From positions 2,820 to 66,819 of the forward strand of contig CADBQG010000070.1 in the NCBI GenBank assembly GCA_902796805.1: a stretch of 64,000 nt of DNA, in the 5' to 3' direction. How positions within the stretch are numbered: the first letter of the stretch is position 1; each line of letters opens with the position of its first letter. Positions 54,708 through 63,881 of the stretch are shown here, one piece after another. The DNA comes from an uncultured Bacteroidota bacterium. GTDB taxonomy: Bacteria; Bacteroidota; Bacteroidia; Bacteroidales; WCHB1-69. The translations under genes and the position numbers were made by a program. Below the pieces are notes generated by a model. It was not told where the DNA came from. It did no database searches and saw only the letters and a program-made list of their open reading frames with translations.

Positions 54708-57680
54708 TTATTTGCCGTATGCAACCTCGTATTCCTCGTAGCCTTCGATGATGTCGCCGACTTTTATGTCGTTGCAGCCATCGATGTTAAGACCGCAGTC
54801 TTGTCCGGCCACCACCTCCTTCACGTCGTCCTTGAAGCGGCGCAGGGAGCCGAGCTTGCCGGTGTATATTACGATACCATCCCGTATAAGGCGTATTTTC
54901 GTGTTGCGCTGGAGTTTGCCGTCGAGTACCATGCCGCCCGCAACATTGCCGACCTTGGAGATGTGGAACACCTCGCGGATTTCGATGTTGCAGACAACCT
55001 TCTCGCGGATTTCGGGAGAGTGCATTCCGGCGATGGCGTCCTTGATTTCGTTGATGGCTGTGTATATGATGGAGTAGGTGCGAATGTCGATCTGCTCGGC
55101 TTCGGCCATCTTGCGCGCGCCTGCCGACGGACGCACCTGGAACGCCACGATGAGGGCGTTGGAGGCTGTGGCAAGCATGACGTCGGTTTCGGTAACCTGG
55201 CCCACAGATTTGTGGATGACATTGACCTGAACCTGTTCGGTGCTGAGCTTGAGGAGCTCGCCGGCGAGAGCCTCAACGGAGCCGTCAACATCACCTTTGA
55301 CAATGATGTTGAGTTCCTTGAAGTCGCCGATGGCAATTCTGCGGCCGATTTCTTCGAGGGTAACGTGTTTTTGCGTGCGGAGTCCCATTTCGCGGGCCAG
55401 GCGCGCGCGCTTCGTGGCAACGCTTCTGGCCTCCTGTTCTGACTCGCAGACCTTGAAGGTGTCGCCGGCCTGCGGTGCGCCGTTCAGTCCGAGCAGCAGC
55501 ACCGGCGAGGCCGGTCCTGCCGACTTCACTGCCTGGTTACGCTCGTTGAACATGGCCTTCACCTTACCGAAGCAGCTTCCGGCCAGAATCGGGTCTCCAA
55601 CAGAGAGGGTTCCGTTCTGCACAAGCACTTTCGCCACATAGCCGCGCCCCTTGTCCAAGGCCGACTCGATGACCGCCCCCACGCCGGGACGGTTGGGGTT
55701 GGCTTTCAGGTCGAGCATTTCGGCCTCCAAAAGAACCTTTTCAAGCAGCTCGTTGACGTTAACGCCGTGTTTGGCGTCAATTTCCTGGCACTGGTATTTT
55801 CCGCCCCATTCCTCTACGAGGAGGTTCATGTTGGCGAGTTCCTCGCGGATCTTGTCGGGGTTGGCGTTTGGTTTGTCGATTTTTGTTATCGCGAACACCA
55901 TGGGCACGCCGGCGGCTTGGGCGTGGTTGATGGCCTCCACGGTCTGGGGCATCACCGCGTCGTCGGCGGCCACAACGATGATACACAAGTCGGTAATCTT
56001 GGCGCCTCGTGCGCGCATCGCCGTGAATGCCTCGTGGCCGGGTGTGTCGAGGAACGTTATCTTTCTGCCGTCAGGAAGGCTCACCTCGTATGCGCCGATG
56101 TGCTGGGTTATACCGCCAGCCTCGCCGGCAATCACGTTTGTCTTCCGTATGTAGTCGAGCAGCGACGTCTTGCCGTGGTCCACGTGACCCATGACGGTGA
56201 TGATGGGATGGCGCGGCTGGAGGTCTTCGTCTGAGTCGGCCTCCGCGCTTTCTGTGTTGTCATCCTCGTCGGCGTCGATGAACTCAACCTTGTATCCGAA
56301 CTCTTCGGCCAGCATGGCGATGTTCTCGGCGTCAAGACGCTGGTTGATGGACACGAAAAGTCCTATGCTCATGCAGGTGGATATGATCTTCGTAACGTCG
56401 ACGTTCATGAGGGTGGCAAGCTCGTTGGCGGTTATGAATTCCGTCACGCGCAGTGTCTTCTGGTCTTCGATGGCCTGAAGTTCCTGTTCCTCGATGCGCT
56501 CGTGTATGAGCTGGCGTTTCTCCTTCCGGCGCTTCGCGGCGGTGGTGTTCTTCTTGGTGTTGCTCTCGAGACGCATCTTAGTCTCCTTGATGCGGCGGTG
56601 TATGTCTTCCGCGGAGATCTCAACCTTCTCTGGTTCCTGCTTGCGCTTCTTGTCCTTGTCGCGTTCCCTGTCGTCCTTCGGGTTGGCGACGTTGGAGGTC
56701 TTCACGGGTTTGGCAACACGTTTTCTCTTCTTTTTCTTCTTGTCCTGATCGGAGTTCTTGTAGTCGTCCTTCTTCGAGTTGTCCTTGTTCTGGAATACCG
56801 ACAGGTCGAGGGTTCCAAGTATTTTGGGTCCTTTCAGCGTGTCGACAACAGTCTTGATGTGTTCCGGTTGCGGGGCCTCGGTCTTGGGCGGCTCCACGGC
56901 GGCGGGTTTCTTTTCAGGCTCTTCCGCGGCCTTTGGGGCTTCAGTTTTCCTTGCCGGTTCCGGGGCGGCCTCTTTTTTCTGGCTTTTCCTATCCTTGGCC
57001 GCCTTTTTCGGCTTCAAGGCCTCGAGGTCCATTTTGTCGATTATTTTGAGGCCTGCCATAGGTTCCACCACTGTTTCGATGTGTTCCGGGGCCTGCGGCT
57101 CTGTTTTTTTGGACGGCTCGGCGGTCGTTGTGTCGCCGCCGGTTTCACCTTCAGAAGTTTTGGTTTCCACGGTTTTTTCTGCCGGAGTGGTCTCTCTGTC
57201 TGTTGCGGGTTTGGAGTTTGCGGACGGGTCTTCCTTGGCAGTTTCGGCCGGAGTTTCTGCTTCGGAAGACTTCTTCTTTTTGCCGCCAAAGAGATCTTCA
57301 ACGGACATTGAACCAAGAATCTTGGGTTCAATCACCGGCGGCGGGGTCACCACTGGTGTCGGTGTCTCTATCTTGTTGGTCTTGATGATGACGGCGTCAG
57401 TGCCGGTCTCGTTCTCTTTTTTGCTCGCAGAGGCTGGTTTTACTTCATCCTTCTTGGACTTGTTAGGAATCTTCTTGTCTGACTTTTCCTTAATCAGTTT
57501 GTCTTTTGCGAACTCCTTTTGCAGACACTGATACATCTCCACCGACAATTTCATGTTGGGGGAAGGGTTGTTGATCTCGAAACCGTTTTTTGTGAGGATT
57601 TCGATGACCCTTTCTTGTGAAACGTTAAACTCGCTTGCCGCCTTGGGCAGTCGAGGTGTTATTATTTTTTCTTCCGGCAT
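54708..57680 (-). CDS. infB: translation initiation factor IF-2
   Basis: G-domain [20 protein letters not shown], and NKID-like TKIDK. The long Lys/Glu/Pro-rich N-terminal region is typical of Bacteroidota IF-2. Confidence 0.95.
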   Translation of the reverse strand: MPEEKIITPRLPKAASEFNVSQERVIEILTKNGFEINNPSPNMKLSVEMYQCLQKEFAKDKLIKEKSDKKIPNKSKKDEVKPASASKKENETGTDAVIIKTNKIETPTPVVTPPPVIEPKILGSMSVEDLFGGKKKKSSEAETPAETAKEDPSANSKPATDRETTPAEKTVETKTSEGETGGDTTTAEPSKKTEPQAPEHIETVVEPMAGLKIIDKMDLEALKPKKAAKDRKSQKKEAAPEPARKTEAPKAAEEPEKKPAAVEPPKTEAPQPEHIKTVVDTLKGPKILGTLDLSVFQNKDNSKKDDYKNSDQDKKKKKRKRVAKPVKTSNVANPKDDRERDKDKKRKQEPEKVEISAEDIHRRIKETKMRLESNTKKNTTAAKRRKEKRQLIHERIEEQELQAIEDQKTLRVTEFITANELATLMNVDVTKIISTCMSIGLFVSINQRLDAENIAMLAEEFGYKVEFIDADEDDNTESAEADSDEDLQPRHPIITVMGHVDHGKTSLLDYIRKTNVIAGEAGGITQHIGAYEVSLPDGRKITFLDTPGHEAFTAMRARGAKITDLCIIVVAADDAVMPQTVEAINHAQAAGVPMVFAITKIDKPNANPDKIREELANMNLLVEEWGGKYQCQEIDAKHGVNVNELLEKVLLEAEMLDLKANPNRPGVGAVIESALDKGRGYVAKVLVQNGTLSVGDPILAGSCFGKVKAMFNERNQAVKSAGPASPVLLLGLNGAPQAGDTFKVCESEQEARSVATKRARLAREMGLRTQKHVTLEEIGRRIAIGDFKELNIIVKGDVDGSVEALAGELLKLSTEQVQVNVIHKSVGQVTETDVMLATASNALIVAFQVRPSAGARKMAEAEQIDIRTYSIIYTAINEIKDAIAGMHSPEIREKVVCNIEIREVFHISKVGNVAGGMVLDGKLQRNTKIRLIRDGIVIYTGKLGSLRRFKDDVKEVVAGQDCGLNIDGCNDIKVGDIIEGYEEYEVAYGK

Positions 57681-57734
57681 ATATAAAAACTTCTGTTTGT
57701 CAATTATTTGAAAGTTAATAAAAGAAAGGTGTTG

Positions 57735-58982
57735 TTATTTGGCGAGTTCTTCTTTCACGGCAGCTATCATGGCGTCCACGGTTTCCTCCTCGAGGTCGGT
57801 GCGGCGGATGAGCTCGTCGCGGCTGAGCGACATTATGCTCTCTGCGGTGTCGCAGCCGATGCCGATGAACGTGTCAATCACCCACTGGTCGAAGATGTCG
57901 TTGAATTCGGTCAGCGGAATCACGTATTCCTCTTTGATGTCGTCCCTGTAAACGTCGATTTCATAGCCCGACAGCTTGCTTGCGAGCTTGATGTTGTAGC
58001 CGCCCTTGCCTATTGCCAGCGACACCTGGTCGGACTTCATGAAGACCTTGGCGGTCTTGTTCTCTTCGTCGAGTTCTATGGATGATATTTTGGCGGGGTT
58101 GAGCGCCCTTGCTATGAGCAGGTCTTTCTTGGCGGTGTAGTTTATGATGTCGATGTTCTCGTTGCGGAGCTCGCGCACGATGTCGTGTATGCGGCTGCCT
58201 TTGACGCCGACGCAGGCGCCCACGGGGTCGATGCGGTCGTCGTATGTTTCAACGAGCACTTTTGCCCTTTCGCCGGGCACCCTCACGATGTCGCGGATTA
58301 TGATTACGCCCTCCTCTATTTCCGGGATGGAGCGTTCCATGAGGCATTCGAGGAATTTAGGGGAGGTGCGCGAGAGCATTATGCGCGGCGAGCCGTTCAC
58401 CACTTCTACCTGTGTTATAATTGCCGTCACGCTGTCGCCTTTCTTGAAGTAGTCGGTAGGGATCTGCTCGCTTTTCGGAAGCACCATCTCCACCTTGTCG
58501 TCATCGACAACAAGGACCTCTCTTTTCCACACCTGGCTCACCTCGCCGGTGACGATCTCGCCTTTCCTCGGCTCGTATTTGTTGAAGATGACGTCTTTCT
58601 CGTGCTCCATGATCTTGTTGCTGAGGTTCTGGCGCAGCGCGAGGATCTCGCGCCTCTGGAAGTCGGAGAGCTGTATCTGCTCTATCACCTCCTCGCCCAC
58701 CTCGAAGTCGGGCTCTATCTTGATGGCGTCTGACAGGGAGATCTGGTTAGCGGGGTCGACAACCATGCCGTCCTCCACAATTTCGAGCGAGTGCTGGATC
58801 TCCAGGTCTCCGCGGTCAACGTTCACTATAACGTCGAACTTGGCGTTGTTGCCGTACTTCTTGGTGAGCGCGCTCACGAAAACATCCTCGAGGATGTGCA
58901 TGAGGGTCTCCCTGTCAATGCTCTTGGATTCCTTGAAATCGGCAAACGTGCTGATAAGGTTTATTTGATCGTCAGTCTTCAT
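57735..58982 (-). CDS. nusA: transcription termination/antitermination factor NusA
   Basis: N-terminal RNAP-binding domain, an S1 domain (GEIVTGEVSQV) and KH domains (AIGKGGYNIKLAS). Confidence 0.93.
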   Translation of the reverse strand: MKTDDQINLISTFADFKESKSIDRETLMHILEDVFVSALTKKYGNNAKFDVIVNVDRGDLEIQHSLEIVEDGMVVDPANQISLSDAIKIEPDFEVGEEVIEQIQLSDFQRREILALRQNLSNKIMEHEKDVIFNKYEPRKGEIVTGEVSQVWKREVLVVDDDKVEMVLPKSEQIPTDYFKKGDSVTAIITQVEVVNGSPRIMLSRTSPKFLECLMERSIPEIEEGVIIIRDIVRVPGERAKVLVETYDDRIDPVGACVGVKGSRIHDIVRELRNENIDIINYTAKKDLLIARALNPAKISSIELDEENKTAKVFMKSDQVSLAIGKGGYNIKLASKLSGYEIDVYRDDIKEEYVIPLTEFNDIFDQWVIDTFIGIGCDTAESIMSLSRDELIRRTDLEEETVDAMIAAVKEELAK

Positions 58983-59063
58983 AACTTGCTTGTCTTATTT
59001 TTGTTTGTATTACTTCAGTTTTTTATAAAAAAACTCCCACCAAATTGGCGAGAGTCGGTCAAG

Positions 59064-59134
59064 TTGAGCTAGCAGGACTCGAACCTACACAGGCAGAACC
59101 AAAATCTGTAGTGCTACCATTACACCATAGCTCA
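59064..59134 (-). tRNA. tRNA-Gln (anticodon UUG)
   Basis: I folded the 71-nt sequence TGAGCTATGGTGTAATGGTAGCACTACAGATTTTGGTTCTGCCTGTGTAGGTTCGAGTCCTGCTAGCTCAA by hand. It has a perfect 7-bp acceptor stem, a D-arm GTGT/GCAC, an anticodon loop TTTTGGT (TTG), and a T-arm GTAGG/CCTGC with TTCGAGT. There is one A-C mismatch at the top of the anticodon stem. Confidence 0.85.
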
Positions 59135-59157
59135 TGAGAGTTTCATCAATTCGGCTG

Positions 59158-59165
59158 CAAAGATA
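59158..59165 (-). promoter_or_regulatory. -7 promoter box TATCTTTG for tRNA-Gln (and probably nusA-infB)
   Basis: caaagata lies 24 nt upstream of the tRNA 5' end. I found no terminator between the tRNA and nusA. Confidence 0.55.
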
Positions 59166-59324
59166 CACTTTTTTTTGAAATCCTGCAAAAAATATTCCGC
59201 AGTTGCTTCACATCAAGCCGTTTTGTCGTGCAAGCGCGTTTGCGGGCGCAAGGTTTGCCCGAGACTTGTCGGTTCTCGGGTGCGCTTTCGCCGCTCTCTA
59301 TTCCCGGAATGTCGGAAATTTGTG

Positions 59325-59332
59325 TAATTTTG
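59325..59332 (+). promoter_or_regulatory. -7 promoter box TAATTTTG for the R-M cassette
   Basis: taattttg ends 4 nt before the first in-frame ATG (59337). Either the mRNA is nearly leaderless or the real start is ATG 59355 (MKGVSLFSS...). Confidence 0.45.
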
Positions 59333-59336
59333 CGGA

Positions 59337-60407
59337 ATGAAAATGAACGGGAAAATGAAGGGAGTGTCTCTTTTTTCAAGTGCGGGAATCGCGGAGCAAT
59401 ATCTCAAAGACTTGGGGATTGATATTGTTGTCGCAAACGAGCTGTTGTCTGAACGTGCAAGGCTTTACCAATGTCAGTACCCTGATACCAGGATGGTTTG
59501 CGGCGACATTACGAAGGAGGAAGTGTATGCGGAAGTTGTAAGGCTGTCGCCGGAACACGTGGATTTCCTTCTTGCCTCACCTCCATGCCAGGGAATGAGT
59601 GTGGCAGGCAAGAACAGAAACCAGGCGCAAATGTTGACAGACCAGCGTAATTTTCTCGTGTTCAGGATATTTGATTTCATACAAGCCAAACAGCCCGACT
59701 TCGTTCTCATAGAGAATGTCTCCAACTTTCTTAAAATCAGACTGCCTTATAATGGCAGTTATGCAAAAGTGACTGACATTTTGCATGACAAATTTGGAGC
59801 TGTTTACAATGTGGAACATGGCGTTTATGACGCCTCAGACTATGGAGTGCCGCAGCGTCGAGCTCGTGCAATTATCAGAATGTACATGAGGACACTTTCA
59901 TGGGGTGAACCTGAAAAGCAACCTAAAATAACCGTGGAAGAAGCAATAGGCGGCCTTCCAAGCATTGAAGCCGGGGAAAGTTCAAGTCTGAAATGGCATT
60001 TTGCCAGGAGGCATAACAAACGGCAAGTGGAATGTATGATGCACACCGCTACAGGCAAATCCGCAATGGACAATGAAATCTTTTATCCAAGAAAAGAAAA
60101 TGGAGAGCGTGTTAAGGCTTATAACACGACATATAGGAGAATCAGGTGGGATGAGCCTGCCCCGACTATCACGATGCGAAACGACGCAATCAGCTCGCAG
60201 TTGAACGTTCATCCTGGCCGCCTGCGCCCAGATGGCACTTATTCGGACGCCCGCGTGCTTACGCCCTTGGAACTCATGTTGTTGTCATCACTGCCGGCAA
60301 ACTGGAGTATCCCCGACGACACTCCCGAAATTTTAATCCGCAAATGTATAGGGGAATGCATACCTCCCATGTTAATAAAAAGAATTGTAGAACAAATCAA
60401 TCGTTAA
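59337..60407 (+). CDS. DNA (cytosine-5)-methyltransferase
   Basis: Ordered m5C-MTase motifs: I LFSSAGI, IV SPPCQGMSVAGK, VI LIENV, VIII GVPQRRARAI, and X GECIPPML. An alternative start is 59355. Confidence 0.9.
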   Translation: MKMNGKMKGVSLFSSAGIAEQYLKDLGIDIVVANELLSERARLYQCQYPDTRMVCGDITKEEVYAEVVRLSPEHVDFLLASPPCQGMSVAGKNRNQAQMLTDQRNFLVFRIFDFIQAKQPDFVLIENVSNFLKIRLPYNGSYAKVTDILHDKFGAVYNVEHGVYDASDYGVPQRRARAIIRMYMRTLSWGEPEKQPKITVEEAIGGLPSIEAGESSSLKWHFARRHNKRQVECMMHTATGKSAMDNEIFYPRKENGERVKAYNTTYRRIRWDEPAPTITMRNDAISSQLNVHPGRLRPDGTYSDARVLTPLELMLLSSLPANWSIPDDTPEILIRKCIGECIPPMLIKRIVEQINR

Positions 60408-60409
60408 TC

Positions 60410-61858
60410 ATGACATACAAAATAGAAAGAGAAAAATGGATATTGTACAGGCATACCAGAAATTTCAGACTCTTGTGTGAAATAGCCCAAATCCTTAAAT
60501 TATATTCAAAAACAACAATAACAAAGGAGGAAAAAGAACGTCTTAATGTTAAATTGAGAGATCTTGGACTTTACAACGAGCGTAATCCAAATCTCCCTTT
60601 AGATGCCATAAACCACAAAATCAATCAATTGTCTTATTACATGTTCGGCTACCAGACGAAAATTGACGGGATAAACCGCTTTATATTCAGCCCTTTGGGA
60701 AATCTGCTGCTTGAAAATATAGATAATGAAGATAAGATCCCATATATTTTCATGGCTATGGTGTGGGCAGTGCAATACGAACACCCGCATGGAGGAACTG
60801 ACAAATCATTTCAACTATATCCTTTTCGACTGATATTCAAGCTGCTGTCAGATGAACGATTGGATTACAAGCTATATTCTTTTGAAGTTGCATATTATGT
60901 GGTGTTCGAACAGATCTGTAATCCGGATTCGTATGATGAGCTTGTTTCCAAAATTTTGAAAATAAGACAATTGCAAAATATCGAACTGGCAAAATTATTT
61001 CAAGCAGATTGCCATGCATACGTGAACGCTGTTTATGAGTGGGACTATTATGTTTCTGAATTTTTCAGCTCGGCCGGCATATTGAACAAAATCGAAGGAG
61101 AGGTGATATGTCGTCTACAACATGGAAACACGAGTACTTTCAGGAAGGTTACTCGAAGTGTGGTGGAAATCCCACACCATTTGTTAAAGTTTGTGCAAGA
61201 TCTGGAAGAGAGCCACTCGTGTTTTGCCACGCCGTTACCCATGCGAGACCCGAGGCGGATGAGGATTGACGTTGTCAAGGAAATCTACAGTTTCTATCCA
61301 GAGGTGCTATTGTCGGCCATTGGGGAAACAAGTGAGTATGGCGGCCTTTTGAAATTGCCACAGCTGATAGAGCAGTATGCCGACAATCCTGAAAATGAGA
61401 CTGCCTACCTTTTCGAAGACATACTGGTTGACGGGTTCAATATGTTTTACAATGTGGAGGCAAAAAGTGTGGGCGGTGCCGGGCATACCGACATCGAATG
61501 TGTTTATCTGACAAAAAAGAAAAAATTCGCTGTGGAGTCGAAGTCCACTGCAAACAAACTGTCAGGCATAAACGCAGGCCGCCTTAGGGAGCACCGTGAG
61601 GAGATTGGAGGTGAATACACCATAGTGGTTACCCCTCGTTATGTGCCTGCGGCCAAAAGAGACATTGTCGACAGTCCGGTTGTCATCATTCTGGCGAGTA
61701 CTTTCGCGGAATACCTGTATAATCATATTTTTCATGATATCCGAGAAATCGACTATGAAGATTTCGACTCGATTATTGTGCGTAATCTCGGGAAGGATGT
61801 CAGCGGAATGATTTCCGATTTAACTATAACCAAATTTTCAACATTGGGAAGGCCATGA
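60410..61858 (+). CDS. putative restriction endonuclease of the cassette (Type IIS-like; possibly AlwI/BstNBI-family-like)
   Basis: Positioned between two MTase genes with tight coupling. No MTase motifs are present. The C-terminal PD-(D/E)XK-type motif is GHTD(361)IECVYLTKKKKFAVE(376)SK(378). Parts of the N-terminal region (VWAVQYEHPHGG, LYPFRLIFKLLSDERL) loosely resemble what I remember of N.BstNBI. The ATG 60410 start is chosen over the ORF-track 60344 start, which lies inside the MTase gene. Confidence 0.6.
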   Translation: MTYKIEREKWILYRHTRNFRLLCEIAQILKLYSKTTITKEEKERLNVKLRDLGLYNERNPNLPLDAINHKINQLSYYMFGYQTKIDGINRFIFSPLGNLLLENIDNEDKIPYIFMAMVWAVQYEHPHGGTDKSFQLYPFRLIFKLLSDERLDYKLYSFEVAYYVVFEQICNPDSYDELVSKILKIRQLQNIELAKLFQADCHAYVNAVYEWDYYVSEFFSSAGILNKIEGEVICRLQHGNTSTFRKVTRSVVEIPHHLLKFVQDLEESHSCFATPLPMRDPRRMRIDVVKEIYSFYPEVLLSAIGETSEYGGLLKLPQLIEQYADNPENETAYLFEDILVDGFNMFYNVEAKSVGGAGHTDIECVYLTKKKKFAVESKSTANKLSGINAGRLREHREEIGGEYTIVVTPRYVPAAKRDIVDSPVVIILASTFAEYLYNHIFHDIREIDYEDFDSIIVRNLGKDVSGMISDLTITKFSTLGRP

Positions 61859-62640
61859 TATTAGTAACCAGAGAAGACAATATGCAACTAATGTCGAGAT
61901 ATCCGGACAGATATTTCGATCTCGCAATTGTTGACCCGCCATACGGAGTGCTGAACAAGACGGCGCGCGGAGGCGACAAAAAGTTCAACAAAGATGAATA
62001 CAGCAAATGGGATGTGAAACCAGACGATAGCTATTTCGAGGAGCTTTTTCGTGTTTCCAAAAATCAGATAATCTGGGGAGGCAACTATTTCGGGCAGCTT
62101 TGGCAGCGAAGCCCTTATAACAAGGGTTATGTAATTTGGGACAAGAACCAGCCTGAAGCCCTTAACAACTTCTCCATGGCCGAGATGGCATGGACATCAT
62201 TCGACAAGCCTTCAAAAATATTTCATTTCAGTGTCAGAAAAAACAAGAATAAGATTCATCCCACTCAGAAGCCAGTTGAACTATATGAATGGCTTTTGAA
62301 GATGTATGCCCAGCCAGGCGACCGAATATTAGACACCCATTTGGGAAGCGGCACTATAGCAGTAGCCTGCTACCGCGCAGGCCTCTCGCTAACAGCCTGT
62401 GAGATGAGTGAGGAATACTTTGAAAAATCGTGCGGCTACATATTGCAGCACGTTCCCCGCTCCTCTGTTGAGATGCATACGGACGCCTATACGTGCGTTC
62501 TCCCGAAACAGTTTGAGCGCACCTCCCCCCTTTATGCGGCCTACATGGAGCAGGAGGCGCAGCTTAGCCTGTTTGAAGAGGAAAGGTCGCGGATGTACAA
62601 CGAAGGGAAGGACACGGCGCTGACGGGCATGACAAAATAA
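61855..62640 (+). CDS. DNA N6-adenine or N4-cytosine methyltransferase (beta-class, N6_N4_Mtase-like)
   Basis: IVDPPYG (motif IV) lies upstream of HPTQKPVELYEWLL and DTHLGSGT (motif I), which is the beta permutation order. ATGA overlap with the nuclease gene. Confidence 0.85.
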   Translation: MILVTREDNMQLMSRYPDRYFDLAIVDPPYGVLNKTARGGDKKFNKDEYSKWDVKPDDSYFEELFRVSKNQIIWGGNYFGQLWQRSPYNKGYVIWDKNQPEALNNFSMAEMAWTSFDKPSKIFHFSVRKNKNKIHPTQKPVELYEWLLKMYAQPGDRILDTHLGSGTIAVACYRAGLSLTACEMSEEYFEKSCGYILQHVPRSSVEMHTDAYTCVLPKQFERTSPLYAAYMEQEAQLSLFEEERSRMYNEGKDTALTGMTK

Positions 62641-62644
62641 AGTG

Positions 62645-62652
62645 TATCTTTG
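62645..62652 (+). promoter_or_regulatory. -7 promoter box TATCTTTG for prfA
   Basis: gtgtatctttgcg lies 26 nt upstream of ATG 62678. Confidence 0.55.
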
Positions 62653-62677
62653 CGCCTGAAAAAAACGAGAGGCTGAT

Positions 62678-63757
62678 ATGAACGACTTACTTGGAAAATT
62701 GGAGCAGATATACAAGCGCTGGCTGCAGATCGGCGAGGAGATAACCAAGCCGGACGTGATGTCCGACATGAAGAACTACGTCAAGCTCAGCAAGGACTAC
62801 AAGGAACTGCAGGCGGTGGTGGAGGCCTACAAGAGGTACAAGGACGTCATAGACAACATAGCGAGCGCGAAGGACATCCTCGCCAACGAGAAGGACGACG
62901 AGTTCCGCGAGATGGCGAAGGCCGAGCTCGACAGCTACCAGACGGAGAAAGAAGAGCTTGAGGAGGACATCAGGCTGCTGCTCCTGCCGTCGGACCCGCA
63001 GGACAGCAAGAACGCGCAGATGGAGATACGCGCCGGCACCGGCGGCGACGAGGCCAGCATCTTCGCCGGCGACCTGTTCCGCATGTACCAGCATTTCTGC
63101 GACAAGAAGGGTTGGAAGATAGAGGTGCTCTCGATGACGGAGGGCACGGTTGGCGGCTACAAGGAGATAGACTTCTCCGTGACGGGCGACGGTGTGTACG
63201 GCATCATGAAGTACGAGTCGGGCGTGCATCGCGTTCAGCGTGTTCCGCAGACCGAGTCGCAGGGCCGCGTGCACACCTCCGCCGCTTCCGTGGTGGTGCT
63301 GCCGGAGGCCGACGAGTTCGACGTTGAGTTGAAGCAGAGCGACATCAAGAAGGAGACATTTTGCGCCTCTGGACCTGGAGGGCAGTGCGTGAACACCACA
63401 TATTCGGCGGTCCGCCTCACGCACGTGCCCACCGGAATAGTGGTCTCCATTCAGGATGAAAAATCACAGATCAAGAACCTCGAGAAGGCCATGCGTGTAT
63501 TGCGGACACGTCTTTTTGAACGCGAATATCAAAAATACCTCGATGAAATTGCCTCAAAACGCCGCACAATGGTCTCAACGGGCGACAGATCTGCCAAAAT
63601 CCGCACATACAACTATCCGCAGAACCGCGTAACCGACCACCGCATCAACTACACCATGTACAATCTCGCCAACTTCATGAACGGCGACATCGAGGAGGTG
63701 ATGCAAGCCTTGCAGGTCGCCGAGAACGCCGAGCGCCTGAAGGAGGCGGTGGAGTAG
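62678..63757 (+). CDS. prfA: peptide chain release factor 1
   Basis: GGQ motif (SGPGGQCVNTT), PxT decoding motif (PQT) in RVQRVPQTESQGRVHTS, and an RF1-type N-terminus. Confidence 0.93.
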   Translation: MNDLLGKLEQIYKRWLQIGEEITKPDVMSDMKNYVKLSKDYKELQAVVEAYKRYKDVIDNIASAKDILANEKDDEFREMAKAELDSYQTEKEELEEDIRLLLLPSDPQDSKNAQMEIRAGTGGDEASIFAGDLFRMYQHFCDKKGWKIEVLSMTEGTVGGYKEIDFSVTGDGVYGIMKYESGVHRVQRVPQTESQGRVHTSAASVVVLPEADEFDVELKQSDIKKETFCASGPGGQCVNTTYSAVRLTHVPTGIVVSIQDEKSQIKNLEKAMRVLRTRLFEREYQKYLDEIASKRRTMVSTGDRSAKIRTYNYPQNRVTDHRINYTMYNLANFMNGDIEEVMQALQVAENAERLKEAVE

Positions 63758-63881
63758 GGTTTTAGTGAGGTAGTGGAGGAAGTGCAGCCGAATTAAAGCG
63801 GCAGATGTTGGATTCAAGATTATCAGGAACTGCCGCGTGAATAAATGAAGGGGTCTCCTTGAATAATTGATAAAACCGAAC

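Noticed and set aside
56800-57100. Internal duplication in the infB N-terminal region (…[18 protein letters not shown]…DL… and …[18 protein letters not shown]…DL…) and surrounding low-complexity DNA, considered as a tandem repeat or other non-coding structure.
   Set aside because: It lies in frame within IF-2, whose N-terminal region is characteristically repetitive and variable. It has no repeat-spacer regularity.
54687-57531. Series of 130-270-aa plus-strand ORFs opposite infB.
   Set aside because: They are antisense to IF-2. Their Gly/Val/Phe/Leu-rich translations mirror the Lys/Glu/Pro-rich IF-2 N-terminus and are not independent genes.
59064-59336. Classical tRNA-targeted genomic island (integrase plus duplicated tRNA 3' end) for the R-M cassette.
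   Set aside because: No integrase gene is present and I could not find a copy of the tRNA 3' segment at the far end (62641-62677). The cassette also abuts the 5'/promoter side of the tRNA. It is therefore reported only as an AT-rich insertion of unknown mechanism.
63245-63253. RF1 decoding tripeptide reads PQT rather than the textbook PAT/PVT.
   Set aside because: It still fits the PxT consensus. I cannot tell without an alignment whether Q is the norm in Bacteroidota, so there is no evidence for altered stop-codon recognition.
62687-63424. 245-aa minus-strand ORF opposite prfA.
   Set aside because: It is antisense to RF1, which has GGQ and PxT motifs, so it is a shadow ORF.
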